From positions 1 to 64,000 of the forward strand of contig NC_043019.1 in the NCBI RefSeq assembly GCF_006345805.1: DNA of 64,000 nucleotides, in the 5' to 3' direction. A program made the translations under genes and the position numbers. This stretch comes from Octopus sinensis. Its lineage: Eukaryota. Below the pieces are notes generated by a model. The model did not search any database. It saw only the letters and a list, made by a program, of their open reading frames with translations, and had not been told where the DNA came from. This document shows, in pieces, positions 11,484 to 23,644 of this stretch. Each line of letters opens with the position of its first letter. The stretch's first letter is position 1.

Positions 11484-11980
11484 TTTGTCCCTCCAACATT
11501 GCTTGATAACTGATGTTGGTGTGTTTACGTCTCCGTAACTTAGTGGTTCGGCAAAAGTGACCAATGGAATAAGTGCTAGGATTATGCAAATATATGGGAA
11601 TCTACCACCTGTGTCATCTCTTGTGAAAGGTAAGAGAGTCCAGTTTGCTGGACATTGTTGTAGAGCTGAAAAAGAGGTAATTTCTACTCTTCTCCTCTGG
11701 AAGCCATCTACACGCAATACCAGAGGGCACACACTCTCCTACCCTGATGTAATCTCCAGGGATACAGGCATCCAGCAACAGGACCTCCGTAATGCCATGA
11801 TGGACCGTGAAGTCTGGCGTAGCATGGTAAATTCCATTGTCTTGACCACGGTCGAACAATGATGAATGATGCTAGGATTACAAAGAATAAGTAAGTCCTG
11901 GAGCTGATTTACTCGACTGAAGGCGGTGCTCCAGCATAGCCGCAGTTAAATGACTGAAACAAATAAAAGAATAAAAGAAT
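11255..11980 (+). mobile_element. SINE family A interrupted by an RTE LINE fragment
   Basis: The head and spacer occupy 11255-11584 and the tail 11870-11980. Confidence 0.8.
11585..11869 (+). mobile_element. 5'-truncated RTE-clade LINE 3' end with 11-bp target-site duplication
   Basis: The ORF reads ...RVQFAGHCCRAEKEVISTLLLWKP...YPDVISRDTG...AMMDREVWRSMV and ends in a GAT-type tail. The TSD TGCTAGGATTA lies at 11574-11584 and 11870-11880. Confidence 0.85.
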
Positions 11981-12139
11981 ATATATATAACAACAACAAC
12001 AATAATAATGATGATGATGATAATGATGATGATGAGGGTGGTGGTGGTGGTGGTGGTGGTGGTGGTGGTGGTGGTGATGGTGATGATGATGATGATGATG
12101 ATGATGGACTACAGTAGCAGTGATTGTAGAATCTCTAGG

Positions 12140-12985
<846 letters not shown>

Positions 12986-12990
12986 ACATA

Positions 12991-13049
<59 letters not shown>

Positions 13050-13344
13050 GGGAATATAATTCCAAAACTTACAGGGAAAAATTCAATTTAACAATTTAAA
13101 ATCAAATTTCACAATATGTAATATATGTATATAATTTAGAGAAAAACCAATATTAAACAATTCAATAAAGAAAGATGTTATTCACACCATATAGAAAACA
13201 TATACTATAAAAAAAATTATTTTAAATCAATAAAGTATAATAAATAGTAAACAGTAGTAAAAACATTACGCACGTTTCATGGCTATATTTTCAAATAGAT
13301 AATTCAATTCACAACTGCAACTCGGTCATGGAGACCAGCTGCGG

Positions 13345-13750
13345 GAAAGCGCTTCAAGCAAACGGTGACCACATCTGTTCACCATCGTCTATGTAGAGCC
13401 AGAGATGTCGCAGTCTCAGGGCACCTTTCAGCAGGTGTTGGTAGCAAACGGATCGCCGGACTATCCAAACGCTTCCTTTCCAGAAGAAACAGAAGAAGAT
13501 GCGTTCCAGTTTGGTGATGATAGGGTCGGGACAAGGCACGACGGTCAGGTGGTAGTAGTTGACGGGCGCGATGTACGCGTTCGCCACCTCCACCCGACCT
13601 TTTAGGGACAGCTTCCTCTCTGCTCATTGCCTGGAGAGAGTGGCCAACCAACTGGTTATCTCGTCCCAGTTCTTCTTCGTTTGCAGGTCCGAACCGAACC
13701 AGACTCCGAGCAACTTGACCGGCCCGTTCGTCAGCCAATTTCCAGAATGA
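13345..13750 (-). mobile_element. Tx1/L1-clade LINE fragment (RT C-terminal region)
   Basis: KLLGVWFG...NW...RKLSLKGRVEVANAYI...IITKLERIFFCFFWKG...VRRSVCYQ, with an in-frame stop. Confidence 0.75.
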
Positions 13751-14188
13751 GTTGTGGTTGTTGAAAATATTAGCTCCATTACAGAGAATAAGCTCACCCA
13801 GTTTTATCCACTAGCAGTAGATATACTCAGCGTGTTGCCATTTATGATTTGCGTTAAGGGAACGATGGTCATAGATCAATACAAATCCAGAGAAAGAATC
13901 AGTAGATAAGTACAATAAAGTTTTTAAAAATTCATATAAAAGTTGACTAAAAATTATCTAAAAAAAGATTATTACAGTAAGCAAATCAACTAAAAATTTA
14001 AAGAGGAAAGTATTTAAAATGAAAATTATATCCAACTATGAATCATTCCAAAACGTAATTCAACATCCAACATCTATGGCCATTTCGGGAGTTCATTGTT
14101 GTTGCATCCATGCATGCTATACGTGTCTTAGGCAATGACCCCCCCATCAGGATGAACAGAGTTTCAAAGAGTTACACATTTTAAAGTT

Positions 14189-14522
14189 CTATCTATCTAT
14201 CCGCTCAGTCGAAGTCGACTCTCGGTTACTCCATGGATCAGTTTCCTCCAGTCAGTTCTATCCTGGGCCGCTTCTTTCAGATTGGCTATGTCCATTCCGG
14301 TATCACTCTTGATGGTGTCAAGCCAGCGGGTTCTTGGTCGGCCTCTTCCTCTCTTGCCACTGACCATTCCAAGCATGATGTCCTTCTCCAGGGATTTCCT
14401 CCGCATAATATGACCAAAATATACCAATCTATGCTTGGTGATCCTAGCTTCTAGTGACATTTTCGGCCTGATCTGCTTAAGAACTTCTCCATTGGTGAGA
14501 GCCTCGCTGTCCATGGAATCCG
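14189..14522 (-). mobile_element. RTE-BovB-like LINE 3' end with 7-bp TSD
   Basis: RLVYFGHIMRR.SLEKDIMLGMVSGKRGRGRPRTRWLDTIK...AAQDRTDWRKLIHGVTESRLRL*. The TSD TAAAGTT lies at 14182-88 and 14523-29. Confidence 0.85.
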
Positions 14523-14877
14523 TAAAGTTACTGTAAGGGAATCTCATGCCATTCTCAAAACTTTTGGACCTAAAACATTAAATAAATTCACTGAGCTAAT
14601 ACTCTCCTGTAATCATAAATTTTCTTCGACTTTTGTATAAATATATAGGGAAACGATTAAAGGAGTTAAATAGTATTACATTACTAGATTTTGAAACCGG
14701 ATATTTAAATTCACACGAATGGAAGCCACCTAGTTTGTTTGCCATATAATTAAATTTTTTAAAAACTGGGGTTTTTTTTTTAGTATTTTTGGACTAATCC
14801 GGTTAAAAGTTGTATTATAAATAGCAGTTCAAGCCCATACAGTAACTTTAAAATGTGTAACCCATTGAAACTCTGTT

Positions 14878-14961
14878 CATCCTGATGAGGGGGCCATTGC
14901 CTAAGACGCATATAGCATGCATGGAGGCAATGACAATGAACTCCCGAAATGGCCATAGATG
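14878..14961 (+). ncRNA. Minimal type I hammerhead ribozyme motif (AUA cleavage triplet)
   Basis: CATC-CTGATGA-GGGGG..CATTGCC...GGCAATG..CTCCC-GAAA-T(GGCC)A-TA-GATG. The mirror copy at 14071-14154 (-) has CTGATGG, an A9 loss. Confidence 0.75.
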
Positions 14962-15080
14962 TTGGATGTTGAATTACGTTTTGGAATGATTCGTGAAGAT
15001 GTCGACTAGCTACCCGATTAGATTCATGTCATGCTCCTGCAATTATCATGGATTATAACTATACTAACGTTTACATTTTA

Positions 15081-15646
15081 TTGGGTTGTCCGGAAAGTTT
15101 GTGCCGATTTTTAAAGGAGAGAAAAAGGTCAATAAATACTTGCCATTACATTTTTAATCAACCAAATATGAACCATTTTGTTGCACAATGCATCTCCATC
15201 TTTCCTTTAACTTGAAAATACCATCTTCCCAGAATTGAGGTGGTTTCATGGCAAACAATTCATCAAGGTATCTTTTTACGTCATCCAAGGAATTGAAATT
15301 TTGACCATTAAGACTATTCTGCATGGACCTGAATAAGTGGAAATCTGAAGGAGCAATATCTGGTGAATGTGGAGGGTGGGGTAACACATCCCAGCTGAGC
15401 TGCAGCAATTTTTGTCTGGTTCCCAAATCATCAAGTGCCGAAAATGAACTTTCTTATCTTCCATTTTAAAGGGTTACAGAATTAACACAGGTTATAGGAA
15501 CATAAACTTTCTTCCACGAAAAGATAGCTTAAACTGTGCTCTAAATGGAGGTGTAGTCAAATCCTATTTTATGGACTCAACCATGTTCTAAAATAAGTCG
15601 AAATGTAAGCTACTATAAATCGGCACAAACTTTCTAGACGACCCAA
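15081..15646 (-). mobile_element. Internally deleted mariner element with both TIRs and TA TSD
   Basis: TIRs TTGGGTTGTCCGGAAAGTTTGTGCCGATTT and AAATCGGCACAAACTTTCTAGACGACCCAA, flanked by TA. The transposase end reads [24 protein letters not shown] (DD34D-type motif). Confidence 0.92.
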
Positions 15647-16044
15647 TAAATATATTACAGAGATGTATTTGTATAACAAGTGTTTTGATCTGAGATCGTG
15701 TGTTCACTGACGCAAATGGCTTTTGTCTGTTTCTTAAATGGCTTACAAACACCTTCCACGCTCAAATAAATATAATGTTCATAGTTGCATACAAATTTAA
15801 ATAATTTTTAGTCAACTTTTATGTGAGTTTTGTGGGCAGGCCCTGTGTACTTTATATTTTTTATATATGATTTTTACCTGGTGTTTGTTTTATTATTCTT
15901 TATTTGAAAGCCATGGTATCATTTAGTATTAGAAATACTTCTGTTATTAGAAATACTACTATTTCTAATACTTCCGGTATGTGGTCTAGCAACTTGTTGC
16001 AAAGACCCTCATTGTTATAATTATATATATATATATATACATAC

Positions 16045-16075
<31 letters not shown>

Positions 16076-16099
16076 TGTATGTATGTATGTATGTATGTG

Positions 16100-16134
<35 letters not shown>

Positions 16135-16624
16135 GTGGTGTGTGTGTGTGTGTGTGTGTAAAAAGAGGGAAGGGCAAACATTAATAATCTCCACCACTGT
16201 GCTGTCTTTCCCTTTGATGTTGTGGTCTTAATATTGTGTTTTAGATTAAGGAGGTTAGCTGGCAGAATCATTAGCTTGCCGGACAAAATGCCTCTCGTTC
16301 CTTACAAGATTGATAGGGGTCAGTGTAATCAACTCAAACCCTAAAAGCCTCCTCCAAATTTTCAGATTTTGTGTATCAATAGAAAAAATAAATATTGTCT
16401 TTTCGAGTAAAACAATGAGCTGACAGATTCATTAGCACGTTGGACAAAATACTTAGCATTCTGAGTTCATAAAGTCAACTTCGCCTCTCATCTCTTACAG
16501 GATTAATAACATAAATACCAGTTGGGTACTGGGGTCAGTATAATCCATAAACTCACTCCACCAAATTTTCAAGCTTTGTGTGTCAATAATATATTGTTTT
16601 TTTTTCTTTGGATTGTCATTATAG

Positions 16625-16772
16625 GATTTGGAGAGAGAATCGTGATCGACTTGTTGGCTTTCCAGGGCGATACCATTCTTGGAGTCAATCTGAAAAGAAA
16701 TTCTTGTACAAGGGGGACTATCAAGTGGATGGAATATCTCTTGTGTTAACTGGTGCCTGTTTCTTTCACAAG
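16625..16772 (+). CDS. EXTL3: EXTL3-like GT64 coding exon
   Basis: T-rich tract plus TAG acceptor and GTGAGG donor; 148 nt, completing the split R codon CG|G. Encodes IWRENRDRLVGFPGRYHSWSQSEKKFLYKGDYQVDGISLVLTGACFFHK, compared with EXTL3 VWREARDRIVGFPGRYHAW...SMVLTGAAFFHK. Confidence 0.95.
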
Positions 16773-16836
16773 GTGAGGAAAATTGTTGTATTTAGGAATG
16801 GTCATTTTGCCACTTTAGCCAATAAAAACACACGCA

Positions 16837-19039
16837 CTATATATTTGGTATTTCTTTGCTTCAGCGTTATTTATTTTTTGCATTAATCTTAATCTTATTT
16901 CGGCCAGATTTCTTTCGTCACACTCCTGTGACCGCATCAATGGTCCTTTGCTTTCTTCTTTCTTATTTGTGTGTCTCTCCTTACTAACCGTCAGCCATTT
17001 TGTATTTCTATTGTATGTGTCTTCATTTGCGCATGCGTATATCTCTATGTGCGTCTATGTTTAGTTAGTGTGAGGGGGAGGGGGATGCCTCTAATATTTG
17101 TATCTCCTATTTATATACGTTCGTGTAATTTGTTTTTGTTTATTCTTATTTTATTCATGAGTTTACACCCACTTATTACTATTATTATTAATATTATTAT
17201 TATTATCATTATCATTATAATGTATGTATGTATGTATGTATGTATAACAATAATAATAGTAATAATAATAATAAAATAATAATAATAATAATAATGATGA
17301 ATATGATAAAAAGGAGAAGAAAAAAAAGAAAAAAAGGGGAACAATGTTTTATAAAATATATTTTTATCTCCTTTTTTTGTATGAAATATATCCCTCCCTT
17401 AAAAGCAATTAAATGTGTTGCTTTACTTAGAATTAAATTAGATAATCCCCTTAAAAATAGTTTCTTAACCCTTTAGCATCTCTCTCTATATAAACGGCAG
17501 TTTGTCTGTCTGTGTGTCTGTCAGGTTGTACCCTCACCCTGACCACGGCTTTCAACCGATTCTAATGAAACTTGACACACACATAGCCCTATGTCATAAT
17601 TCAAAACTAATGCAGCGAAAATTTTGAAAAGTTCCCCAGTTCTGAAAAAAATCGATAAATTCGACATGGGGTCGAGAATATCAGCTTTTTATATGCAACA
17701 CATTTTCTGTTGTAGTTTTCGCAACTTGCAATCGATTTTCACCAAACTCATGGTGAAGCTTAATGTTACCCTAAGAAACTTAATTCTGGCTTTAGTTTTC
17801 CATGCAATACCTTACCATCAGAAAAAAATCGATAAAATCATGCCATTTTGGGAAATCGCGTTCAAATTCAAGATGACATATTTTCGACAATATCTTTCAC
17901 AAATTGGCAGGAATTTTGTTTTTAAAATTCACAGCGAGCATCATGTCTGCTCCAAGGAGCTATATGGCCCTTTTTATTCCAATAGGATACTTTATTACTG
18001 GAAAAAATCGGTTAATTAAATCATATGTGGCACACATAGCAAATCGATTTGTGAATTAAACACAAACCACAGACTGTCTAGAGGACGCAACTCGACCTTT
18101 TTAACTCTCGGAACACGTGGGGTAAGTATCCCAAAATGTATAAAAATGTACAAAAACGGCAAAAAAGCGGGCAGCAATGTGAGTGACAACAACGAAAAAG
18201 TCAAAAGTGACCAAACTGAACAAACGAATGGAAAAGGTTTTTTGGTGCACACGACAAAAGCGGTTTATAATAAACCAAGAGTTTGCAAGTAGCGTCCGAG
18301 GACCCTTAGGGTACGTCAAACATTTAAGGTAAAACGTTTGGGGTGGTAGTTATAAAGAAAGTTTAAACAAAAAAATGTATTCGAATAACTTGCTGCTATT
18401 AGCAGAAGTGGCGGTGTTGGGGGTAAAGTCTCGAATGTAATTTCTTCCTGGTAGGAATTGGTTGGGTTGAATTATCGATAGCTGTTTGATAGTTATTTGG
18501 GAGTGAAGAGAAGACATTGCAACCTACACATGCGCCTTCGTTCCCTAGAGGGAAAGGACTAGATTGGGATTAGTCGTTGCCTACTAGGGGCTCTATAATA
18601 CCCGGGCAACACTGGGCTATGCTATTAGTTCACTATATATTTCGTATTAGTTTGCTTCAAGTTATATATTTTTTGCATTAATCTTAATCTTATTTCAGCC
18701 AGATTTCTTTCGTCACACTCCTGTGACCGCATCAATGGTCCTTTGCTTTCTTCTTTCGTATTTGTGTGTCCCTCCTTACTAACCGTCAGCCATTTTGTAT
18801 TTCTATTGTATGTGTCTTCATTTGCGCATGCGTATATCTCTATGTGCGTCTATGTTTAGTTAGTGTGAGGGGGAGGGGGATGCTTCTAATATTTGTATCT
18901 CCTGTTTATATACGTTCGTGTAATTTGTTTATTCTTATTTTGTTCATGTGTTTACACCCACTTATTACTATTATTATTATTATTATTATTATCATTATTA
19001 TTATCATTATTATGTATGTATGTATGTATAACAATAATA

Positions 19040-19085
<46 letters not shown>

Positions 19086-19263
19086 TGATAAAAAGGAGAA
19101 GAAAAAAAAGAAAAAAGGGGAACAATGTTTTATAAAATATATTTTTATCTCCTTTTTCTGTATGAAATATATCCCTCCCTTAAAAGCAATTAAATTTTTT
19201 GCTTTACTTAGAATTAAATTAGATAATCCCCTTAAAAATAGTTTCTTAACCCTTTAGCATTCA
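16837..19263 (+). repeat. Tandem duplication of about 630 bp (16837-17478 and 18633-19263) with a Helitron at the junction
   Basis: The two copies are colinear and give near-identical ORF translations (16971.. and 18766..). Confidence 0.9.
17479..18628 (+). mobile_element. Non-autonomous Helitron
   Basis: 5' A|TC start (TCTCTCTCTATATAAACGG) and a 3' hairpin CCCGGGCAACACTGGG followed by TTAG|T (degenerate CTAG). It is inserted between A and T with no TSD. Confidence 0.75.
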
Positions 19264-19441
19264 GATTCTTCTGTCAAATGAAGTGCTTATTTATTTACAT
19301 TGCTTGGAATTAATCATGCATTATCTTGTTTATGTTTAGAATGGCATTGTAGGATAGGTCTAAGAGGCAGGATCTAGCCAGTTTGACCTTAAAACAGGTA
19401 GAATATTTAGGCCAGATATGGTCAGTTTAAATGCTAAAGGG
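19250..19441. mobile_element. piggyBac-like MITE
   Basis: TTAA|CCCTTTAGCATT ... AATGCTAAAGGG|TCAA. The same termini recur at 17.47, 20.55-21.23 and 21.7 kb. Confidence 0.7.
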
Positions 19442-19534
19442 TCAAACTCAGACATACCATTTCCAATGGTATTTTTTTCTACTTTTGTATTGCATCCGGG
19501 AACTCATTTTTGTGTGTATCTCTTATCCCTTGTC

Positions 19535-20190
19535 TTTTACTTATGTCAGTCTTTGGACTGTGGCCATGCTGGGGCATTGCCATGAAGGATTTAGTTGAAA
19601 GAATGGACCCCAGCACTTATTTTCAAGTTTGGTACTTATTCCATTGGTCTCTTTTGCCAAACTGCTATGTTATGCAGATGTAAACAAACCAACAATGGTT
19701 ATCAAGCAGTGATGAGGGACAAACACAAAACAAACACAAAGACGCACACACATGCTTACATATGTATATGATGGTCTACTTCACAGTTTCAGCCAACCAA
19801 ATTCACTCACAACGCATTGGTCCAGACAAGGGCTATAGTACAAGAGGGACGGAACCTGAAACCATATGGTAGCAAAGCAAGCTTTTTAACTAATGATGAT
19901 GATGGCAATCCCTCAACGTCGAGGATGATGGTCTTTGCGCACATTTATTGGTGAGTTCGTAGGTGACCGATGAGACCAATTCTTGCTTGAAAAGATCGTT
20001 CGCAGTGCGGACATCTAGTGCCAGAAGGGAGAGTCACACGTGGTTGTTGTTGGCGCTCCTTCCGTCGTCATCTTTTCTCCTCCAGCTCTGCAGACCTTTT
20101 CGACTCAAAAGTCGCCGTTCCCTCATGGATGGTGGTTTTCCAGAGTGGTCTGTTTTTTGCCGTAGCAAAGCAAGCTTTTTAACTAAACAG
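19535..20190 (-). mobile_element. Degenerate SINE family A interrupted by an RTE fragment
   Basis: The family A tail and body lie at 19535-19893, and the head resumes after 20161. Confidence 0.65.
19894..20161 (-). mobile_element. RTE-clade LINE 3' end with 25-bp TSD
   Basis: The - strand reads AKNRPLWKTTIHEG..FESKRSAELEEKR*RRKER...CPHCERSFQARIGLIGHLRTH*, with a (CAT)n tail. The TSD GTAGCAAAGCAAGCTTTTTAACTAA lies at 19869-93 and 20162-86. Confidence 0.88.
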
Positions 20191-20554
20191 CCATGCCTTT
20201 ATGAGATTGGAAACCTTTGAACATAGATTTGATTTTAAGAAATGTGGAGGGGAGTCCACAGTGGCCAAAACAGGGAATAAGGAAGCTGTAAAATGGGAGT
20301 CATTTCAGCTTTGTCATAAAGCTACAAGTAAGCAGTGATGTATATAAATAGATGTGTTGTGGTGCAGCATCTAGGTTTCATTCATCTTTGTCTCAGGCCT
20401 CTTCCTTTGCACTACATTTACCAAACATCTCAAGACATTCATATTAAAGCCTTTGTTTCATCTTCTCACCACGTGAAAGTAACTCATGTTAAGATTAAAA
20501 GGCATTCTTCCAATGAAAATCATAAAAGACAGTTGACATGTCCTTCACATTTAG

Positions 20555-21231
20555 CCCTTTAGTATTTAAACTAGCCATCCAAAATTTAAACTAGCCAATC
20601 CAAAATCAAAATCAAATTCGAAATCGATCAACATCAATGGAAATTGCAGCTGTGATACCAGTGCTGGTGGTACATAAGACAATCATCCGAACGTGGCCGT
20701 TGCCAGCGCCGCCCCAACTGGTCTCGTGCCAGTGGCACGTAAAATGCACCATCTGATTGTGGCCGTTGCCAGCCTCGGCTGGCCCCCGTGCCGGTGGCAC
20801 GTAAAAAGCACCGTCCGATCGTGGCCGTTTGCCAGCCTCGTCTGGTACATAAAAAGCACCCACTACACTCACAGAGTGGTTGGCGTTAGGAAGGGCATCC
20901 AGCCGTAGAAACATTGCCAGATCAGACTGGGCCTGGTGCAGCCTTCTGGCTTCCCAGACCCCGGTTGAACCGTCCAACCCATGCTAGCATGGAAAGCGGA
21001 CGCTAAACGATGATAATGGTGATGATGATGATTACTGGCCCAAATATTCTACTTGTTTTATGTTAAAAATTGACCATATCCAACTTCTCACATCTACCCT
21101 ACAATGTATTTCTAAAAATATACAAACACACCATTAAAATCTTGAAGCTACAAGGTGATGTGTAATTAGTTACAAAACGATGTAAATAAATAATCAATAT
21201 ATTTGATTAGAGTAATTTGAATGCTAAAGGG
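20555..21231. mobile_element. piggyBac-like MITE containing a nested SINE-like element
   Basis: Left end CCCTTTAGTATTTAAAC at 20555 and right end AATGCTAAAGGG|TTAA at 21231. Confidence 0.55.
20610..21030 (+). mobile_element. SINE-like element (family C) with internal tandem repeats and (GAT)n tail
   Basis: Repeated GTGCCRGTGGCACGTAAAA.GCACC units, then GGTTGGCGTTAGGAAGGGCATCCAGCCGTAGAAAC...GCATGGAAAGCGGACG and GAT repeats. Related fragments lie at 22150-22330 and 23480-23635. Confidence 0.6.
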
Positions 21232-21901
21232 TTAAGTAAGTCTGTCTTTTTACATTTTTTTGTTGTCATAGCAATGATGATCTAACTCACCATGGTTAAT
21301 TGAGTCATTGTGCCTTGCTCCGGTCAATGTACTTAAGAAGCTAACAACAATATGGTCTGGTCTACCATGCCATTGATAAGTACTTCTATAATTACTCTCA
21401 TTAACAGAATTAGGCTATCATCCAGAATATTTCAGAGAAGCAACTTATCTATTTGTAATGCTTTTCTTCCAATCCTTTCTGAGACGATAAAAAAAGTACC
21501 AGTTGAACACTGGGGTCGATGTAATCAATTTAACTACTCCTGAGTAAAAGTATACAACACAACTGCACCCTTCAGCCAAGCCAGTGTGGCAGAGTAGACT
21601 CATCAAACCTGTATGATTTCAAGCTCAAATTCATAACCTCCACCTCAGGACATGGTTGGTGGAGAGAACGTGCAGAGGCCTTCATCCTGCAGCGGACTGA
21701 ACATAGACAATTAAATCCAATCCAAATGGTCAGTTTAAATGCTAAAGGGTTAACCAACCCAAGACTATAGATCATTTTTGTTCAAGACCCCACATTATAA
21801 GATTGAACTCAGGAACCACTTAGATCCGAAATTTAATTATTTTATTTCATTTTTTATATATTTTTACTACAAATATTAATTGACTTTGTTTTATCAATTA
21901 G

Positions 21902-22030
21902 CATTACAGTTACCTTTATACATACATGATGCATCGAGCCATCTACAACTATGCTGAGAAGAATTTTAACTGTGAAGATATTGGTATGAACTTTCTTGTT
22001 GCTCATGTGATAAGGAAACCTCCACTCAAA
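21902..22030 (+). CDS. EXTL3: EXTL3-like GT64 coding exon with the NCEDI motif
   Basis: AG acceptor at 21900-01 and GTAAGT donor at 22031; 129 nt, phase 0/0. Encodes HYSYLYTYMMHRAIYNYAEKNFNCEDIGMNFLVAHVIRKPPLK, compared with EXTL3 YYAYLYSYVM...[21 protein letters not shown]. Confidence 0.95.
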
Positions 22031-22348
22031 GTAAGTAAACATTTTGATGTACCAGATATTACTTCAGCTAGGAATGGTTGAAGTGTCTTGTACTATAACA
22101 CCAAGTTAACCAAAGCTTTGTGAGTGGACTTCAGAGACAGAAAATGGAAGAAGCCCATCGTGTCATATAAAAAGCAGTGGTGCTGGTGTCACATAAAAAG
22201 CACTGGTGCTGGGCCCTGTAAAAATCACTGGTGTTGGTCCACATAAAAAGCATTGGTGATGGGGTTACATAAAAAGCACCAGTGATAGCATCGTGCAAAA
22301 AGTACCTGGTATTGTGGTTTGGCTGGTACAGTATTTCTTGACCCACTT

Positions 22349-23470
22349 TGTTGGGAGTGGCGCCTGCAAGTCTGGAATAAAAAGCTACAGCCCTTTGTTT
22401 ACTGGAAGAGTAATGGCTTTTGGAGGGACCTTTGGCCTTGTGCCGGTCGATTAGGGGTCAGAGAGATGTGAGGGCCGAGGAAGATAGAGTAAGGAAGAAT
22501 CTAGTGACAGTGAAGAAGAGGAAGAAGAAAGTAGTGAGGAAGACAGATTAAGGGATCTGAGAGCTGTTGTGAGAGAATGACAGTGACAGCGTCGATAAAG
22601 ATAGGGACATAGGACCAGGCGGGATAGAGAGAGTATAAGTGCAGAGACAGATTGAGGGTAGTGATAGAGCAACAGTCGGTATTCGGTCGTCAAAGCGAGC
22701 AGTCGGTTTTTGGGAGTCGAGGCGAGCGGTTGGAATTTAAGCAGTCGGCGGTTTTGGAGCATTGGGACAGAGAGAGATATATACAGAGGAATAGGCGGCT
22801 GTTAGAGAGGGACTACAATATGGGACACTGGCTATTCTAGTAGGAACTAAAGGTACGTGAATTGTGTATTGATATGTGAAGAAAAAGAAGGAAAAAGAAT
22901 TGATGTATTGAACAGTGAAAAGAAATGAGACAGTAAAGAAGAATTTAATGAACATTGTGAATTGTGTAAAGACATTGTGTACAGTGTTGTGATTTGAACA
23001 TTGTATAATGAACATTGAACTGTTCGGCCTGTAATGTCTTTTGAACTGTATATGACTTGTTGATGTGTTTTGAAATAGAACTGTGTCTTCGGACGTGTAC
23101 CTTTGAAATGCTGATGTATTGACCTTGATGTGTTGTGACCGGACGGTTATATTGTTACTTGCATGTTTAAATGCTTTGATCTGTGGTATACCCGTATGAT
23201 GTATTGAGTTGTCACGTGCATGTCCTCTTTTAAATGTATCTGAAATGTATTTGATGTTGTAACAATTGATTGTCATAAACTAGTGTTAAATGTAAGCCAG
23301 TTGTGCCTTGCCTCTTTGTGTCTCTCTCGATTGCCTCTGTGCTGCTGTTGCTGTTGTTGTGTCTATCTCTCCTCTCCTCTCCGAGTTTCCGTAGTTTATT
23401 CGCTGCATCGAACGGGCCTGTGTGTGAGGGATTCCGTAACAGTTCGAATCGGAGGTCCCCCCTCGTAACA
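22349..23470. mobile_element. Possible solo LTR
   Basis: A 1.1-kb complex segment with TGTT...AACA termini, polypurine-rich tracts and AATAAA motifs. No TSD was found. Confidence 0.4.
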
Positions 23471-23644
23471 CTGGTACTTTCTGTAAATTGGTTGGCATTG
23501 GAAAGGGCACCCAGCTGTAGAAACCAAACCAAAAACGGACTATGGAACCAGGTGCTCCTCTTGGTTTTGTCAAATCCTGTCAAGCCATCCAAGCAACGAT
23601 GCCAGCATGGAAAACAGACATTAAATGATGACGATGATTAAAAA

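Larger units (their letters stand above)
14040..14992. mobile_element. Third hammerhead-bearing inverted repeat (arms 14040-14540, interrupted by RTE, and 14833-14992)
   Basis: The arms are reverse complements, and the left arm resumes after the RTE insertion. Confidence 0.7.

Noticed and set aside
13261-13305. Hammerhead-like GAAAC-GTGC-GTA on the - strand with upstream TTGAAAA
   Set aside because: Stem II is truncated and stem I cannot close, so it is a decayed Penelope tail.
22451-23641. Several 60-180 aa ORFs in the LTR-like segment
   Set aside because: No gag, pol or env motifs; they overlap on both strands and have low-complexity composition.
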